Of a stretch of DNA of 64,000 nucleotides, positions 15,127 through 28,860 are shown piece by piece; position 1 is the first letter of the stretch, and the number at the start of each line of letters is the position of its first letter. The stretch comes from Octopus vulgaris. Its lineage: Eukaryota. The notes beneath the pieces are model-generated. The model had not been told where the DNA came from, ran no database searches, and saw only the letters and a program-made list of their open reading frames with translations. Made by a program: the position numbers and the translations under genes. The stretch lies in the NCBI GenBank assembly GCA_951406725.2, contig OX597835.1, positions 3,596,001-3,660,000 on the forward strand, written 5' to 3'.

Positions 15127-15251
<125 letters not shown>

Positions 15252-15691
15252 GATATATATATATGTGTAACACCTATCAGTTTGCTTCTTTAAATGCACG
15301 CAACCCACCGTTTGAGTGTGTGCAATGTTTATGCTCTTTCTCTGATTTCAATGATATATAAACTTGTTTGTGTAAGTGGCTCACTTTCTCGCGCTTGTCT
15401 TTGAAGTTGTCATTTATTTACCAAACAGCCTCACTTGGTTTGCCATTAGGCATGATTCAATTGTTAAAACAACTGACTTTTCTTCTGTTGTTGTACGTCG
15501 ATAAAATCAAATTATTTTTATCCTACAAGAAACATTTAAATTAAGGGTATCAGATGAGATTGCCGTGTTAGTATTGTGTAAGAGAATATTCCTGCATTTA
15601 CTTTTGTTGGTGGATCTGTACCCAGCCCCAAAGCACAAATCTGGAAAAGACTACAACAACAACAACAATAATAATAATGATAATAAAAACA

Positions 15692-16726
15692 ATGCCGAAT
15701 TGGAAGGGCCCAGGACCAGATTTTATTTCAGGGGTTCTGGCTAAAGAAATTCTGTAGTTTACATGGGAGGTTGAGTGAACAACTCCAGGATTGCCTTAAT
15801 GGAGGAATGATACCAGATTGGATGAGGGAGGACAATACGCATTATGAAGGATAAGATCAAGGGTAATACAGCTAGCAACTCTAGACCAATCACTTGCTTA
15901 TCATTAGTGTGGAAGCTATTAACAGGTATGCTTTCAGAAAGCATTTACGAGCACCTTGACAACCAAAAGTTACTATCAGAAGAACAGAAATGTTGCAGGA
16001 GAAGGCTAGAGGAACGCAGAATCCATTATACGTAGACAAAGCAGTTCTGAATGAAGTAAAAGATAGAAAGAAAAATCTAACAATAGCATGGATAGATTAT
16101 AGGACAGTCTATGAATATGATTCCACACCCATGGATAAGTGAATGTTTGAGTATATTCAGTATAGCAGACAACATAAGATAATTAATTAGCTGTAGCATG
16201 AAGGAATGGAAGGTAGATCTCTACTCAGGTGACACACTATCATGGAAAGTAAATATCAAAAGAGGAATTTTCAAGGGAGACTCGTTGTCCCCATTTGTAT
16301 AATGTTTGGTGCTCCCCTACCAGTTTATTAAGGAAGGCAAAGGCAGGGTATCAGTTCTGAAATAGTAAGGGAAAAGTTAACCATTTGCTCTACATGGATG
16401 ATCTGAAGCTTTTTAGTAAGAATGAAAAATAGATAGATTTTTTAATACAGACTGTAAGACTCTTCAGCAAAGATACAGGCATGGAATTTGGCATAGATAA
16501 ATGTGCAATATTAGTCACGAGAAGGGGACAGGTAGTCAACAGCGAATGCAACCAATTACCAGAAGGCCAGACATTAAAATCATTGAAAGGAAGAGAGAGT
16601 TATAGGTATCAAAGAGTATTAGAATCTGATAGAGTATTAACTACAGAAATGAAAACGAAAATTGAGAAGGGGTACATCAGAAAAGTGAGGAAGCTAATGA
16701 AGTCAAAGCTAAATGGTCGGAATCTA
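15692..16726 (+). mobile_element. Non-LTR retrotransposon reverse-transcriptase relic, R4/Dong-like (RLE group)
   Basis: Disrupted frames give NWKGPGPD, GFWLKK, SRPITCLSLVWKLLT, IAWIDY, a frameshifted RGIF/QGDSLSP, NHLLYMDDLKLF (YMDD 16391-16402), MEFGIDKC and KSKLNGRN. Confidence 0.9.
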
Positions 16727-17199
16727 GAGTTTTCTGGACCAAAGGTCTTCCGCCTTAAATGACTTTGGGGTTTTTTGTCGACGCTCAAGAATTCTTAGAG
16801 AGCATCGTCTCTCATGTCCACAAATAATCTTCTACGGAATGCATGCCCGGGCGTTTCCATGGATTGAATCGCCAGACAAAAGAGAAATAGGAATGCCTGA
16901 TAATATTCGCGATTCCAAATGTTCAATCTTGGTCTGCGATTGACTCGGGTTACAACTCTATCAGACTGTCGAAATGCGAAATAGTTCCTTCGCAAACGAT
17001 GACTTCATCTGCTCTTTGTTTAGGAAACATCTCTGTTCGTTTCGGCATTGAATATCCAATCATTCAATCAACGAATTACCTCCTTCCTCAGTTAGCGTAT
17101 AAATGGCTAAGTATTCACAGATACAGGTACCATTAACGTATATCACGGGTGGAACTTGTAGGAGTCTTGTGTGTGTGACAACAGGTTCAATCCACTGAG

Positions 17200-17355
17200 T
17201 TGGCTTTCACTCGGTTTCCACCCATCCACTTCCATTCACAAGGCTTATGTCTACCCCAGGCTGTGGTAAAAGACATCCAAGATGCTACACAGTGGAACGG
17301 AACTCGAGATCGTGTGATTGCGACGCGAACGTCTTTGCCATTCGGCCATGCTGCA
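17200..17355 (-). mobile_element. Old, degenerate SINE family B-like head
   Basis: Weak colinear similarity to the reverse complement of 26199-26362. Confidence 0.5.
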
Positions 17356-17464
17356 TTCATAAACAACCAAATACTGCAACACAATAGTGTTTACTGTTCA
17401 ATCGATTCTTACTTAGTTTAGGTGGAGAAGTGTATAACTTAATACATTGTCCTCTGTAGTTGAC

Positions 17465-17577
17465 TGATATTTTTATTTTCTCGACCAAAGATGGTTGAAA
17501 GCCGAAACCGACTTCGGCCTGATTTGAACTCAGAATGTCAAGTAGCAAAACAAGGCGAATCATTTCTGCCGCCAGTC
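17465..17577 (-). mobile_element. Degenerate SINE family A fragment
   Basis: cgacttcggcctgatttgaactcagaa is the reverse complement of the B-box and core. Confidence 0.55.
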
Positions 17578-17872
17578 ATCGCTTTATGGAATATGTCACT
17601 GAGTTAATTGAAATATTGCCATGAGAAATGTAAGACGAGGAAGGAGAAGAAATCGTGAGAGGAGGAAACGAGGGCAAACAAGGACAAGAGATGACCAAAT
17701 GACCAATGTGAGGGCTGAAGAAAAAGAAAGGAAATCTTACGGAAGGAAAAGAAAAGGTCAGAATTAGTAATGAAAAGTAGAGCAAGGTTGGTTGGCGGGT
17801 GAAGGAGATGATGGGAATTGCTGTTAGAGATTGTCGCTTTGAGAGTTGGGGGAGGAAAACTGTGTGTGTGTG

Positions 17873-17929
<57 letters not shown>

Positions 17930-18079
17930 GAGGAGAAAGAATCAGAAGCAAAGCCAAAGGATTAACGAGTTAGTGAATGAGGACAAGAACTGTAATATAT
18001 ATATATGGGGGCGGGTATATACGCATAGATATATAGGTGTGTGTGTGTGTCCGTGTGTCTGTGTGTGTGTTTGTGTATT

Positions 18080-18354
18080 CTTTCATTCCTTTATTCTTTT
18101 ACTTGTTTCAGTCATTTGACTGCGGTCATGCTGGAGCACTGCCTTGAATCTTCTTTTAGTCGAATGAATCGACCCCAGTACTTGTTTTTTTTTTTAAAGC
18201 CTGGTACTTATACTATCGGTCTCCTTTGACAAACCGCTAGGTTACGGGGACGTAAACACACAACACCGGTTGTCAAGCAGTGGTGATGGTGGTGGAGAGG
18301 GACAAATACAAACCCAAAGACACACATAAATATGTACACACACACACAAACACT

Positions 18355-18438
<84 letters not shown>

Positions 18439-18528
18439 AGTCCTGGGGTCGATTTGCTCGACTAAAGGCGGTGCTCCAGCATGGCCGTAGTCAACTGACT
18501 GAAACAAGTAAAAGAGTAAAGAGTAAGA

Positions 18529-18589
<61 letters not shown>

Positions 18590-18665
18590 AGACAAGCTTC
18601 TTTCAGTTCCTGTCTACCAAATCCACTAGGAATGCTTTCGTCGGCCCGAGGCTATAGTAGAAGAT
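18080..18665. mobile_element. Rearranged SINE family B cluster: tail (-) 18080-18310, tail part (+) 18437-18530, head part (-) 18590-18665
   Basis: Each segment aligns to the full copy at 26199-26642. Confidence 0.75.
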
Positions 18666-18853
18666 TCCTGGACAGGGCGACGCGCTGTGTTCTTGAGTGA
18701 AACACTTCATTTCACGTTGCTCCAGTCCACTCAGCTGGTAAAAATGAGTAATGCTGCGATGGACTGGCGTCCCGTCCAGCTGGGGAACACATACACCATT
18801 GGAACGGGGAAACCGGGCTCATGAGCCTGGCTAGGCTTTAAAAGGGCGCATTT
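18665..18853 (+). mobile_element. SINE family G, 5'-truncated
   Basis: Shares tgtgttcttgag..aaacacttcatttcacgttgctccagtccactcagctgg with the 36749 copy. Confidence 0.75.
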
Positions 18854-19714
18854 ATTATTATTATAGATAAACTAGAGTAGATCGACTTTTGAAGAAAAAC
18901 AACTTCAATTTATACAACTGTTGAATGATTTCTAGTAGAATATTAAGCAAATTTTTCCATCATCATCCCCGTCAACTCTTTGACTGACGGTGGCAGGAGA
19001 AATCTTCTTTTCATTTGTTGTTCCAATATTCGAATATAAAGGCTCACTTAAGGGTCTAGTTTTTATACCGTTAAATTATATGTTTAAAGGGATAGCTCTT
19101 CCTAGGTCTACCTAAATAACTTTTCCTAAATAACCAAAGATACCCTGGAAGTGGTTCTTCCAATCCCACAACAGAACTGAATTGATGCCAATATATTGCT
19201 AGCGAAATCTCCGCGTTCTCACTGTGGTGAGTCAATGTTAGGATCAGGTCGCAACGGCTCGGTATACGTGAAATGAACAAAACAAAAGGTGGGAGGGGGA
19301 GAAAGAAAAAATACAAAACATGCAAAAATGTCGAATTCCCTTCTTATTACTTTTTTGGGGTGATAAAAGAGTTTGCCACAAATCTGCGATTTGGACTCTG
19401 ATACAGTTCCATTGCAACTTGGACAGTCCTTGTGGGTCTTAGAATGACAAAAAATGGATCGTCCATGCTGTGCCATAGACACACTGGGAAGTTGATGAGG
19501 TTTGGGCGCTCAAGGGGTCTAGAGGCCTAATTCTGGTCTACGTATGGTGTGACTTGCTGTCAATAAATAATTACCATAGAGACTTGTAGGGGGTGGGATG
19601 GGGTTACACTGCGTCTAAGACTACCCGACTTCCACGATGTAATCGTTCCGTTAATCCTTCAGTCTCCATCTATATTTAATTAGTAGAATGATATTCTATG
19701 ATATTTCAAAAATA

Positions 19715-19746
<32 letters not shown>

Positions 19747-19967
19747 TGTGTGTGGATAAATATATAATTATATATCAATTACATCGTAACACTGCACTAA
19801 TTTCACTTTAATAATAGTGCAGGAAGGGGTCAAGAAATGATCCACCAACCGGGAGGACAGTTGATATATTTGCTGTTTAACAAGAGATGGAGTACAGTTA
19901 CAATGAATGATCTGCCACGATCTGGTCAGCCCATTGCTGTCAGGGTAGAAGAAACGTAATTCTCCAA

Positions 19968-20382
19968 GGCAGCGAGCTGGCAGAATCGTTAGCACGTCGG
20001 GCGAAACGCTTAGCAGTATTTCGTCTGCCGCTATGTTCTGAGTTCAAATTCCGCCGAGGTCGACTTTGCCTTTCATCCTTTCGGGGTCGATGAATTAAGT
20101 ACCAGTGAAACACTATCGTCGATGTAATCGACTTAATCCATTTGTCTGTCTTTGTTTGTCCCCTCTGTGTTTAACCCCTTGTGGGTAGTAAAGAAATAGG
20201 TATTTCATCTGCTGCTACGTTCTGAGTTCAAATTTCGCCGAGGTCGACTTTGCCTTTCATCCTTTCGGGGTCGATAAATTAAGTACCAGTTACGCACTGG
20301 GGTCAATGTAATCGACTTAATCCGTTTGTCTGTCCTTGTTTGTCCCCTCTATGTTTAGCCCCTTGTGGGCAATAAAGAAATA
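19968..20382 (+). mobile_element. Dimeric SINE family A insertion with 18-bp TSD
   Basis: Full monomer 19968-20198 plus a headless monomer 20199-20382. Flanks are agaaacgtaattctccaa (19950-19967) and agaagcataattcttcaa (20383-20400). Confidence 0.88.
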
Positions 20383-21051
20383 AGAAGCATAATTCTTCAA
20401 AGCTTCACGCTATCCTAATCGATGAATCACTTCTTCTGCCAATGTTAGATATCGATTTCAGGTTTATTAAACGAAATTATTCTTCGAAAACGACTTTGTC
20501 AAGTAGATACACATACAGCATTAATATTCAAGTCAGTGATTGGGAGATCTGCAATAATGTGTTTCTTAATTACATATCATTAGAGAATTTCGGGTAATTA
20601 AATCATAAAGTGATAAAGAAACTGTATTTATCGGGAGCAGATCCCTTACGTTCAGAATATTTGAATATTTTCATTGGGAGCATTCTGCAGTTGCTGTTCC
20701 TATTTATTTATGCGCTGCCCTTATTGCCATGAGCTTGGAGTTTTCTAGTACAGTATATTAAATATTTTCTCACAACTCTTACAAACAAAAATTTAGATGT
20801 TTAAGAAGAAATTAAGATTTATTACTGTATTTACAAGAAGGAATGTTTAAAAACGGGACCTTTAAGGCAGTGCATCAGCATATAAAATTCTACACGCACA
20901 TACATATTTAATAATGCATATATTGCAAATATACAATGTATGAAGCTATAGTAGGTTTTATACTCACACAGACAGACCCACACATACACCAAAGAAGACG
21001 TAGACACACATATCTCTACGTATTCATGTAAGTATGAACGTGTATGTAAGA

Positions 21052-21086
<35 letters not shown>

Positions 21087-21177
21087 CGTGTGTGTATGTA
21101 TGTATGTATGTATGTATGTATATACATATGTATATACACACATACATACATATATATATATATATATATGTAAATTT

Positions 21178-21308
21178 AAAAAAATACACGCTGGGACAAG
21201 AACGTGAAACATTTAGAAGACGATACAAAAACCACGGACGGGACATTCGAAGCCTTAAATCTTCAGTCAAGAACCGGATCATCTTCGCAATTTCGGCTGA
21301 TTAATCTT
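21178..21308. repeat. Short interspersed repeat family P (also 31825-31925 inverted and 51490-51618)
   Basis: Three copies of gggacaagaacg..acggacggg.cattcgaagcc..aatcttcagtcaagaaccg, all embedded in TA-rich tracts. Confidence 0.8.
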
Positions 21309-21655
21309 ATGTATATAAACGTATAACCATACACACATACACTCATACATATACACGTTCGTACACAAACTTTCGACCTTGTCCTGGTAAAATGAAAGAA
21401 ACATGAGACCTGACGGAAAATCATTGAATGATCCTTTAACTCTTCTCTATATTTAGCTTCACATAAATATAAAATTTCATACATTGTTGAGTGTATATAT
21501 GTACATATATACATAAACATATACATATATATATATACATATATATCATGTATGTATATGTGTATGCGCGCACTTTTACGTCTGTACGTGTATATATATA
21601 TATATACGCATGTATATATGTATGTATGCATAAGTATATATATATTTATAAATAT

Positions 21656-21717
<62 letters not shown>

Positions 21718-21854
21718 TTATTTATTTATTTATTCATTTATTTATTTATAAATATATACATATATATAGGTATTTATGGATACATATATATATATATATA
21801 TTATATTTATTTATTTATTTATATGTACATACGAAGTATAAAATATAGGTTCAG

Positions 21855-22035
21855 AGGATCGTGCGACTATTGCAAGCCACTAAAACTTTTTTAGCTTCTC
21901 TCCCTGTTTATTTCTGTGTTCCTTTCTGTCGAAGAGCGTAGGCTCGAAACGTTAAAGACTTGCTCTCTTCCCGAGCGTTAAAAACTAATACATCTGTTTG
22001 TTGTTTACCCGTCTTTTGCTTTTTGTAAATCCTCT
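21855..22035 (+). mobile_element. Penelope-like terminal relic with a minimal hammerhead-like motif
   Basis: cttt-CTGTCGA-A-gagc-gtag-gctc-GAAACGTT-aaag at 21922-21957. A second copy is inverted at 38580-38770. Confidence 0.5.
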
Positions 22036-22052
22036 GTCTGTCTGTCTGTCTC

Positions 22053-22170
<118 letters not shown>

Positions 22171-22704
22171 TACATACGTGCATACGCATGTACATACACT
22201 CGTACACGGATACACACACACATATACAAGCACACACACGCTCGCGCACATAGATATACGTACATACACACGTAGATATATATCCACATACATACACGCA
22301 TGCATTCATACATACATACGCGTGGACAAATAGGTACATATACACACATAGTTACATACACAAACTGTCAAAATATATGTGACACTCCTGTGAAGAGGTA
22401 TTGTCAGACTCGAATATAATGTTCAGCTGATTTTAGATATAGCTCTACTTCAAAAACAGAATTTTATACACTCGCACAAGCACTAGCGCATGCACACGCG
22501 CAAACATTGGGATTGGATCGGATTGCTTATGCTGAGTCCATTGTAGTACGGAGGCCTCAACATGTTCTCTCCAACAACCTTGTGCGATGCAGAGGCTGGG
22601 AATCTGAGCTTAAGATAAATCGGTTCGTTGTTGAGCCTACTCTGCCACATAGGTTTAACGTGGCTTGGCACAGAGGTGCAGATTTTGTACTCTTACTCCG
22701 GGAG

Positions 22705-23315
22705 AACTGATTAGGGGTCGTTCAACAAATGGAAAACAGGACAAAAAACATAAAGAACGACCCCTAATCAGTTGTCGGCTGTCCATCTACTTCTCAATTC
22801 GAGCATTGAACGACAATGAGTTTTCGAAGACAGTTGCTCCCCATAAGTACCAAAATAAAATTTGAGATTTATGGAGGGTCAAATTTGAGAACAAAAACAG
22901 GACAGTGGAGACATACAAGGAAACCGAACGAAAACATACATTAAGGGTCGTTTGACCATAACGAGGACAAAATAGCGAACGCTAGAGAAATATTTTCTTT
23001 GACAAATGAAAAGATAGAAGAGAAAGATAGGATACGTCCAGTCCTTAGGACAGTCCTGAAAGAAAAGAAAGATGATCAGGTGAGGAAAAGAAAGATGGAC
23101 GATGGTCACATGTGAACAACGATAGAGAGAGAGAGTAAAGGGGAAAGAGGGTAGAGAGAGAGATAGAAAACGGTGAAGGGGAGAAAAAGGAAGAATCGTT
23201 CTTTATGTTATTTGTCCTGTTTTCCATTTGTTTCTCTCGTTGTTTGCGTATTGAACTCAATCGTTTACGTATTTCATGTTGTTTACTGTTCGTGACGTCC
23301 TGTATCCATATTTGC

Positions 23316-23320
<5 letters not shown>
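22705..23320. mobile_element. Family F repeat, second copy with internal inversions
   Basis: Body (-) 22724-23195, terminal segment (+) 23197-23320, and a 19-bp inverted repeat at 22705-22723/22755-22773. Confidence 0.65.
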
Positions 23321-23390
<70 letters not shown>

Positions 23391-23456
23391 TATGTATATA
23401 TACATACATACAGAGCAACAAAAACTGTCTCTCACTGTCCCTCTCTTTCTCATACA

Positions 23457-23487
<31 letters not shown>

Positions 23488-23720
23488 GCAAAATCACAGA
23501 CTCTCTTCCACATAGCTACAGTATAATTTTTCAGAAGAAATAATACTCGCTACCATCTGTCAAGACATTCTATCAGCCAATGAGTGTTTAACACAAAATG
23601 CCGAATTTACCAATGAATTATCAGCTCAAGTTTTTTTTTTCATAGAGGCAGCAATGTTTCTTTCGGCCTTTCTAAGCTTTCTTTCCCACCCTCATTAACT
23701 CTCCATCTCTCCATCCATCC

Positions 23721-23787
<67 letters not shown>

Positions 23788-24276
23788 ATGAGACGTTTTC
23801 AGGATGACTCAAACTTTAAGGTATGGATTCTGGGTGCTCAAATAGGTGTGTCACAAAAGCTCCAGTTTGAACTGCAGTTGAAGTTGTGGTTACGTGATTG
23901 TCATGTTCAAAACGGCTAAAGGTGGCTTCCCTTTGAGTCAGTAGGTGTAGGTTAAAGTAGTAAGGAAAGGCAGGCAATTAGGCAGGGCATGACAAGGACA
24001 TTCAAAATTCATTTAATTGAATCTAAATTTAGCTACATAGCGAATGGTAATTGTTTGCCTCTCCTCACTAACCTATACACACACACACACACATACACAC
24101 ACACACAAACACACACGCACGCAGACACACACAGACAAACACACACACATAGACACACACATACACATGTACATATGACAAGCTTCTTTCAGTTTCCGAG
24201 GTGCCACGCAGTGGAACTAAATCTGGAGCCATGTAGTCGGGAAGCCAGCTACTTATTATTCAGCTACGCCTATATA

Positions 24277-24324
<48 letters not shown>

Positions 24325-24416
24325 GGTATGTATATATACATATATATAAAGTTAATTCAAACAGAAAACAAAAAAGACAACAACGCATGGAGGTGGAAAA
24401 ATTACAGTATTATTTT

Positions 24417-24469
<53 letters not shown>

Positions 24470-24588
24470 ATGTGTGTGTGTGTGTGTGTGTGTATATGTA
24501 TATATATATATATATTATACGTATATATATGTATGAATGTATGTGTATATATATAATATATATATATATACATACATACATACATACA

Positions 24589-24624
<36 letters not shown>

Positions 24625-24980
24625 TCTTATATAAAATCTGTTCTGTATGTGTGTGTTTGTCTTCTAGGATCTCGGGCATCCTCCGTCCGATTGCGCTCAA
24701 TTTGGATATGTAGATACCGACGGTATCAGGGCGTGTATAAGTCTTGGAAAAATTACAAAAATCGATTCCAGGTGAGAATGCAATCGATAGAACCGTGGGA
24801 ACGTGCATTTGTAAAATCGCTTTTCTTGGAATAGAAAAAAAAGTCTCTCTTTTTCTTCTTTTGCTGGTGTTTCTCATAGGGGGTGGGGCTATGGGACGGT
24901 CGGACAAGTTGTTTTGAGAAAATTTGGTTTAAATGTTCCACAACTCAGCACCGTCCATTGGATGGGTGGCGTTTTGCTCG
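24625..24980 (+). mobile_element. Non-autonomous Helitron family H2, full length
   Basis: 5' end A|TCTTATATAAAA, internal TG-rich tract, subterminal hairpin CCGTCCA-T-TGGATGG, terminal CTCG|T, no TSD. Confidence 0.7.
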
Positions 24981-25034
24981 TATATACATATGCATATACA
25001 TACATACTTACACACATACATACATACATACATA

Positions 25035-25091
<57 letters not shown>

Positions 25092-25094
25092 CAG

Positions 25095-25141
<47 letters not shown>

Positions 25142-25649
25142 CCATTCCAACAGTTTAGGTGTCAAGACCAAATTCTTTCAAAATAGAATGAAATGCTGTG
25201 AATGAATGAATGAATGAATGAATAAGATGAATGAATGAATAACGTATCAGAAAGACACAGAAAATAAAACGAAAACCCATTTTAGAGCGCTTGGGCCGAT
25301 TCTAAATACTAAAGAAAGGCGGGCTTGCGTTCGCCTCATTTGTTAAACAGAATTTTATAGAAAACAGTCATTATAGGCTGGCTTTCACGCCAACATGGCT
25401 GACAGCATCGTCTGCTTTTTAGACTAATCGCTTTAAAGCTCTCCCAAGTCGGCCACCTTAAACTCCTCCTACTTCATGTTTTCATTCGCTGAGATATTTG
25501 TCAGTTATTTCTCATATTATCCGTCACAAATCGACCTTGGTTGGAAAAGAAAACGAAAGAAAAAAAGAAAAAAACAAAAACAAAACCAGTCGTGCCATTT
25601 TCTGTTGCCGCTAGTTGTTGTTGCTGTTGTTGTAGTTATAAATATTGTT

Positions 25650-25775
25650 TCTTCTTCTTCTTCTTCTTCTTCTTCTTCTTCTTCTTCTTCTTCTTCTTCT
25701 TCTTCTTCTTCTTCTTCTTCTTCTTCTTCTTCTTCTTCTTCTTCTTCTTCTTCTTCTCCTTCTTCTTCTTCTTCC
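25650..25775. repeat. (TTC)n trinucleotide microsatellite
   Basis: Directly visible. Confidence 0.95.
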
Positions 25776-25926
25776 TCCATTACCACCGCTGCCACCTCAA
25801 CCGACAATTCTCGACTATCTTCTAAAGTAAAACTGTGCGGTAAAACAGAATTTCTGAGATCGACTCAGACCTCGTGCACACACACGTTAGTGAAAATATA
25901 ATCCATGCGTGTGTGCGTATGTATGC

Positions 25927-25983
<57 letters not shown>

Positions 25984-26068
25984 TAGTATAAGAAATAGCT
26001 ATAACTCTTTGACTATTTCTAAATTCGGTATGTGGTAAGGCAATTCGTTGCCAAACCCTTTATTCTTA

Positions 26069-26642
<574 letters not shown>

Positions 26643-26949
26643 ATATATATGTGTGTGTGAGCGCGCACTCGCATAAGTGAAAATATATTTATAAAAATAT
26701 GTGTGTGTGTGTATGCTCCTTCTCTCTCTCTCTCTCTCTCTCACAGACTCATGTCCCCACACATCACTACCATTGGTTTTCCGTCCCACTGCGTGACACT
26801 GTAGACAAGTGTCTTCTACAAGAGTCCCGGGCGGACCCTATGAATGAATTTGGTAGCCGGAAACTGGGTGGAAGACTGTCTATATAAATATGTGTGTATG
26901 TGCGTTAAATACCTGCGTGTGTGTATGTGTGTATCTTTTATATATCACG

Positions 26950-27226
26950 GTACCGACCAGACTATCGGATGTTGTTTTACATCGCTGATCACAATGCGCT
27001 TTACATGAGTTTAGCTTTCGAATGATGCCCCCCCCCCCCCCGCTGCCGACGAGGTGAGCGAGTTAACATTCCCCCTGATTGGGTTCCCCGTTTACCGCTG
27101 ATTCGAATGGAGCAACGCGAAATGAAGGTTTTCGCTCAAGAACACAACGCGCCACCCGATCCGGGAATCGAACCCACGATGTTAGCGATCGTGAGTGCAA
27201 TACCCTAGGCCCTGGGCCATGCGCTT
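26950..27226 (-). mobile_element. SINE with family G head and a different tail
   Basis: Minus strand has B-box GGTTCGATTCCC and gcgttgtgttcttgagcgaaaaccttcatttc as in 36749. The 3' half is unrelated. Confidence 0.7.
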
Positions 27227-27310
27227 TTACTATCTTTCATATATATATATAAACACATACAAACATACATATATATACATATGTATATACACACAAAGAT
27301 ACGTATATGC

Positions 27311-27341
<31 letters not shown>

Positions 27342-27374
27342 ATATATATTAATAAAATTATTAATATATATATA

Positions 27375-27498
27375 GGCGCAGTCCCACTGCATGGTACCTT
27401 GGGCAAGTGTTTTCTATTATAGCCGCGGGCCGACCAAAGCCTTGTGAGTGGATTTGGTACACGGAAACTGAAAGAAGCCCGTCGTATATATGTATATG

Positions 27499-27531
<33 letters not shown>

Positions 27532-27748
27532 TTGTGTCTCTGTGTTTACCCCCTCCCCTCCACACACACAAACAACATCGCTTGACAACCGATATTGGTG
27601 TGTTTACGCCCCCGTAACTTAGCGGTTCGGCAAAAGACCGATAGAATAAGTACTAGGCTTACAAAGAACAAGTCCTGGGGGTCGAATTGTTCGACTAAAT
27701 GCGGTGCTCCAGCATGGTTGCAGTCAAATGACTGAAACAAGTAAAACA
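27375..27748 (+). mobile_element. SINE family B with internally deleted head
   Basis: Aligns to 26199-26642. Confidence 0.85.
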
Positions 27749-27899
27749 GTATATATATACATATATATGCATATCTATATATCTATATCTATATCTATCA
27801 ACTATCTATCTATACATACATACATACATATATATATATATATGTATATACATATGTATATATGTATATAGATATGTATATATATATATATGTACGTGT

Positions 27900-28053
27900 A
27901 TGTGTTTGTGTATCTGTGCTTGTTTCCTCAACATCGCTTGACAACCGATGCTGGTGTGTTAGGCTTAGAAAGAATAAGTTCTGGGGTCGATTTGCTCGAC
28001 TAAAGGTGGTGTTCCAGCATGGCCACAGTCAAATGACTGAAACAAGTAAAAGA
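27900..28053 (+). mobile_element. SINE family B tail fragment
   Basis: Aligns to the family B tail with an internal deletion. Confidence 0.75.
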
Positions 28054-28054
28054 G

Positions 28055-28161
<107 letters not shown>

Positions 28162-28329
28162 GTGTGTGTGGTGTATATATATATATATATATATATAAAT
28201 GTATCTATCTATATACATACATACACACACACACACACACATATACACATATATATACACACATATACGTATATATATATGTATATATATATATATATAT
28301 ATATAATTATTTAATATATATATATATAC

Positions 28330-28440
<111 letters not shown>

Positions 28441-28816
28441 CAGATATATATATATATATATAGGCAGACTGACAGACAGGCAGATAGATAGATGTACGGG
28501 TATGCGTGGGACTAAAGCTTTGCACGACTCAGTGTGTTTGCTACACAGGCAAAAAGAGAGAAATAGAAATGGGAGCAGAAAAAAAAGAGGGGAACTACCA
28601 TAAGGGGAAAGAGAGAGAGAGCGAGAGAGGTAGAGAGGGAGAAGGGGAGAGAGGGAGAGAGAGGGGAGGAGAGAGAGAGAGGTGTAAAAATGGAAGTACA
28701 AAAGAATGTAAACGATTCCCTCTTTCTACAAACTCTATTGATTCTCTCTTCCTCCACCTCCTCCTCTTCTTTTTACCTTCATCTCCATCCAGTCTTTTCA
28801 TCTACAATTACTACCC

Positions 28817-28860
<44 letters not shown>

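Noticed and set aside
19219-19482. Minus ORF with CPSC and CGKLFYH zinc-finger-like words
   Set aside because: Cys/His spacing does not fit C2H2 or another recognised finger, and there is no supporting exon structure.
24883-25158. ORF containing KIWF, resembling homeodomain helix 3
   Set aside because: It lies inside the Helitron H2 repeat (also present at 52368-52745), lacks QNRR and the rest of the homeodomain, and is upstream of the TN exon.
25476-25901. Poly-Ser/poly-Glu/poly-Phe ORFs
   Set aside because: Products of the (TTC)n microsatellite with no flanking protein similarity.
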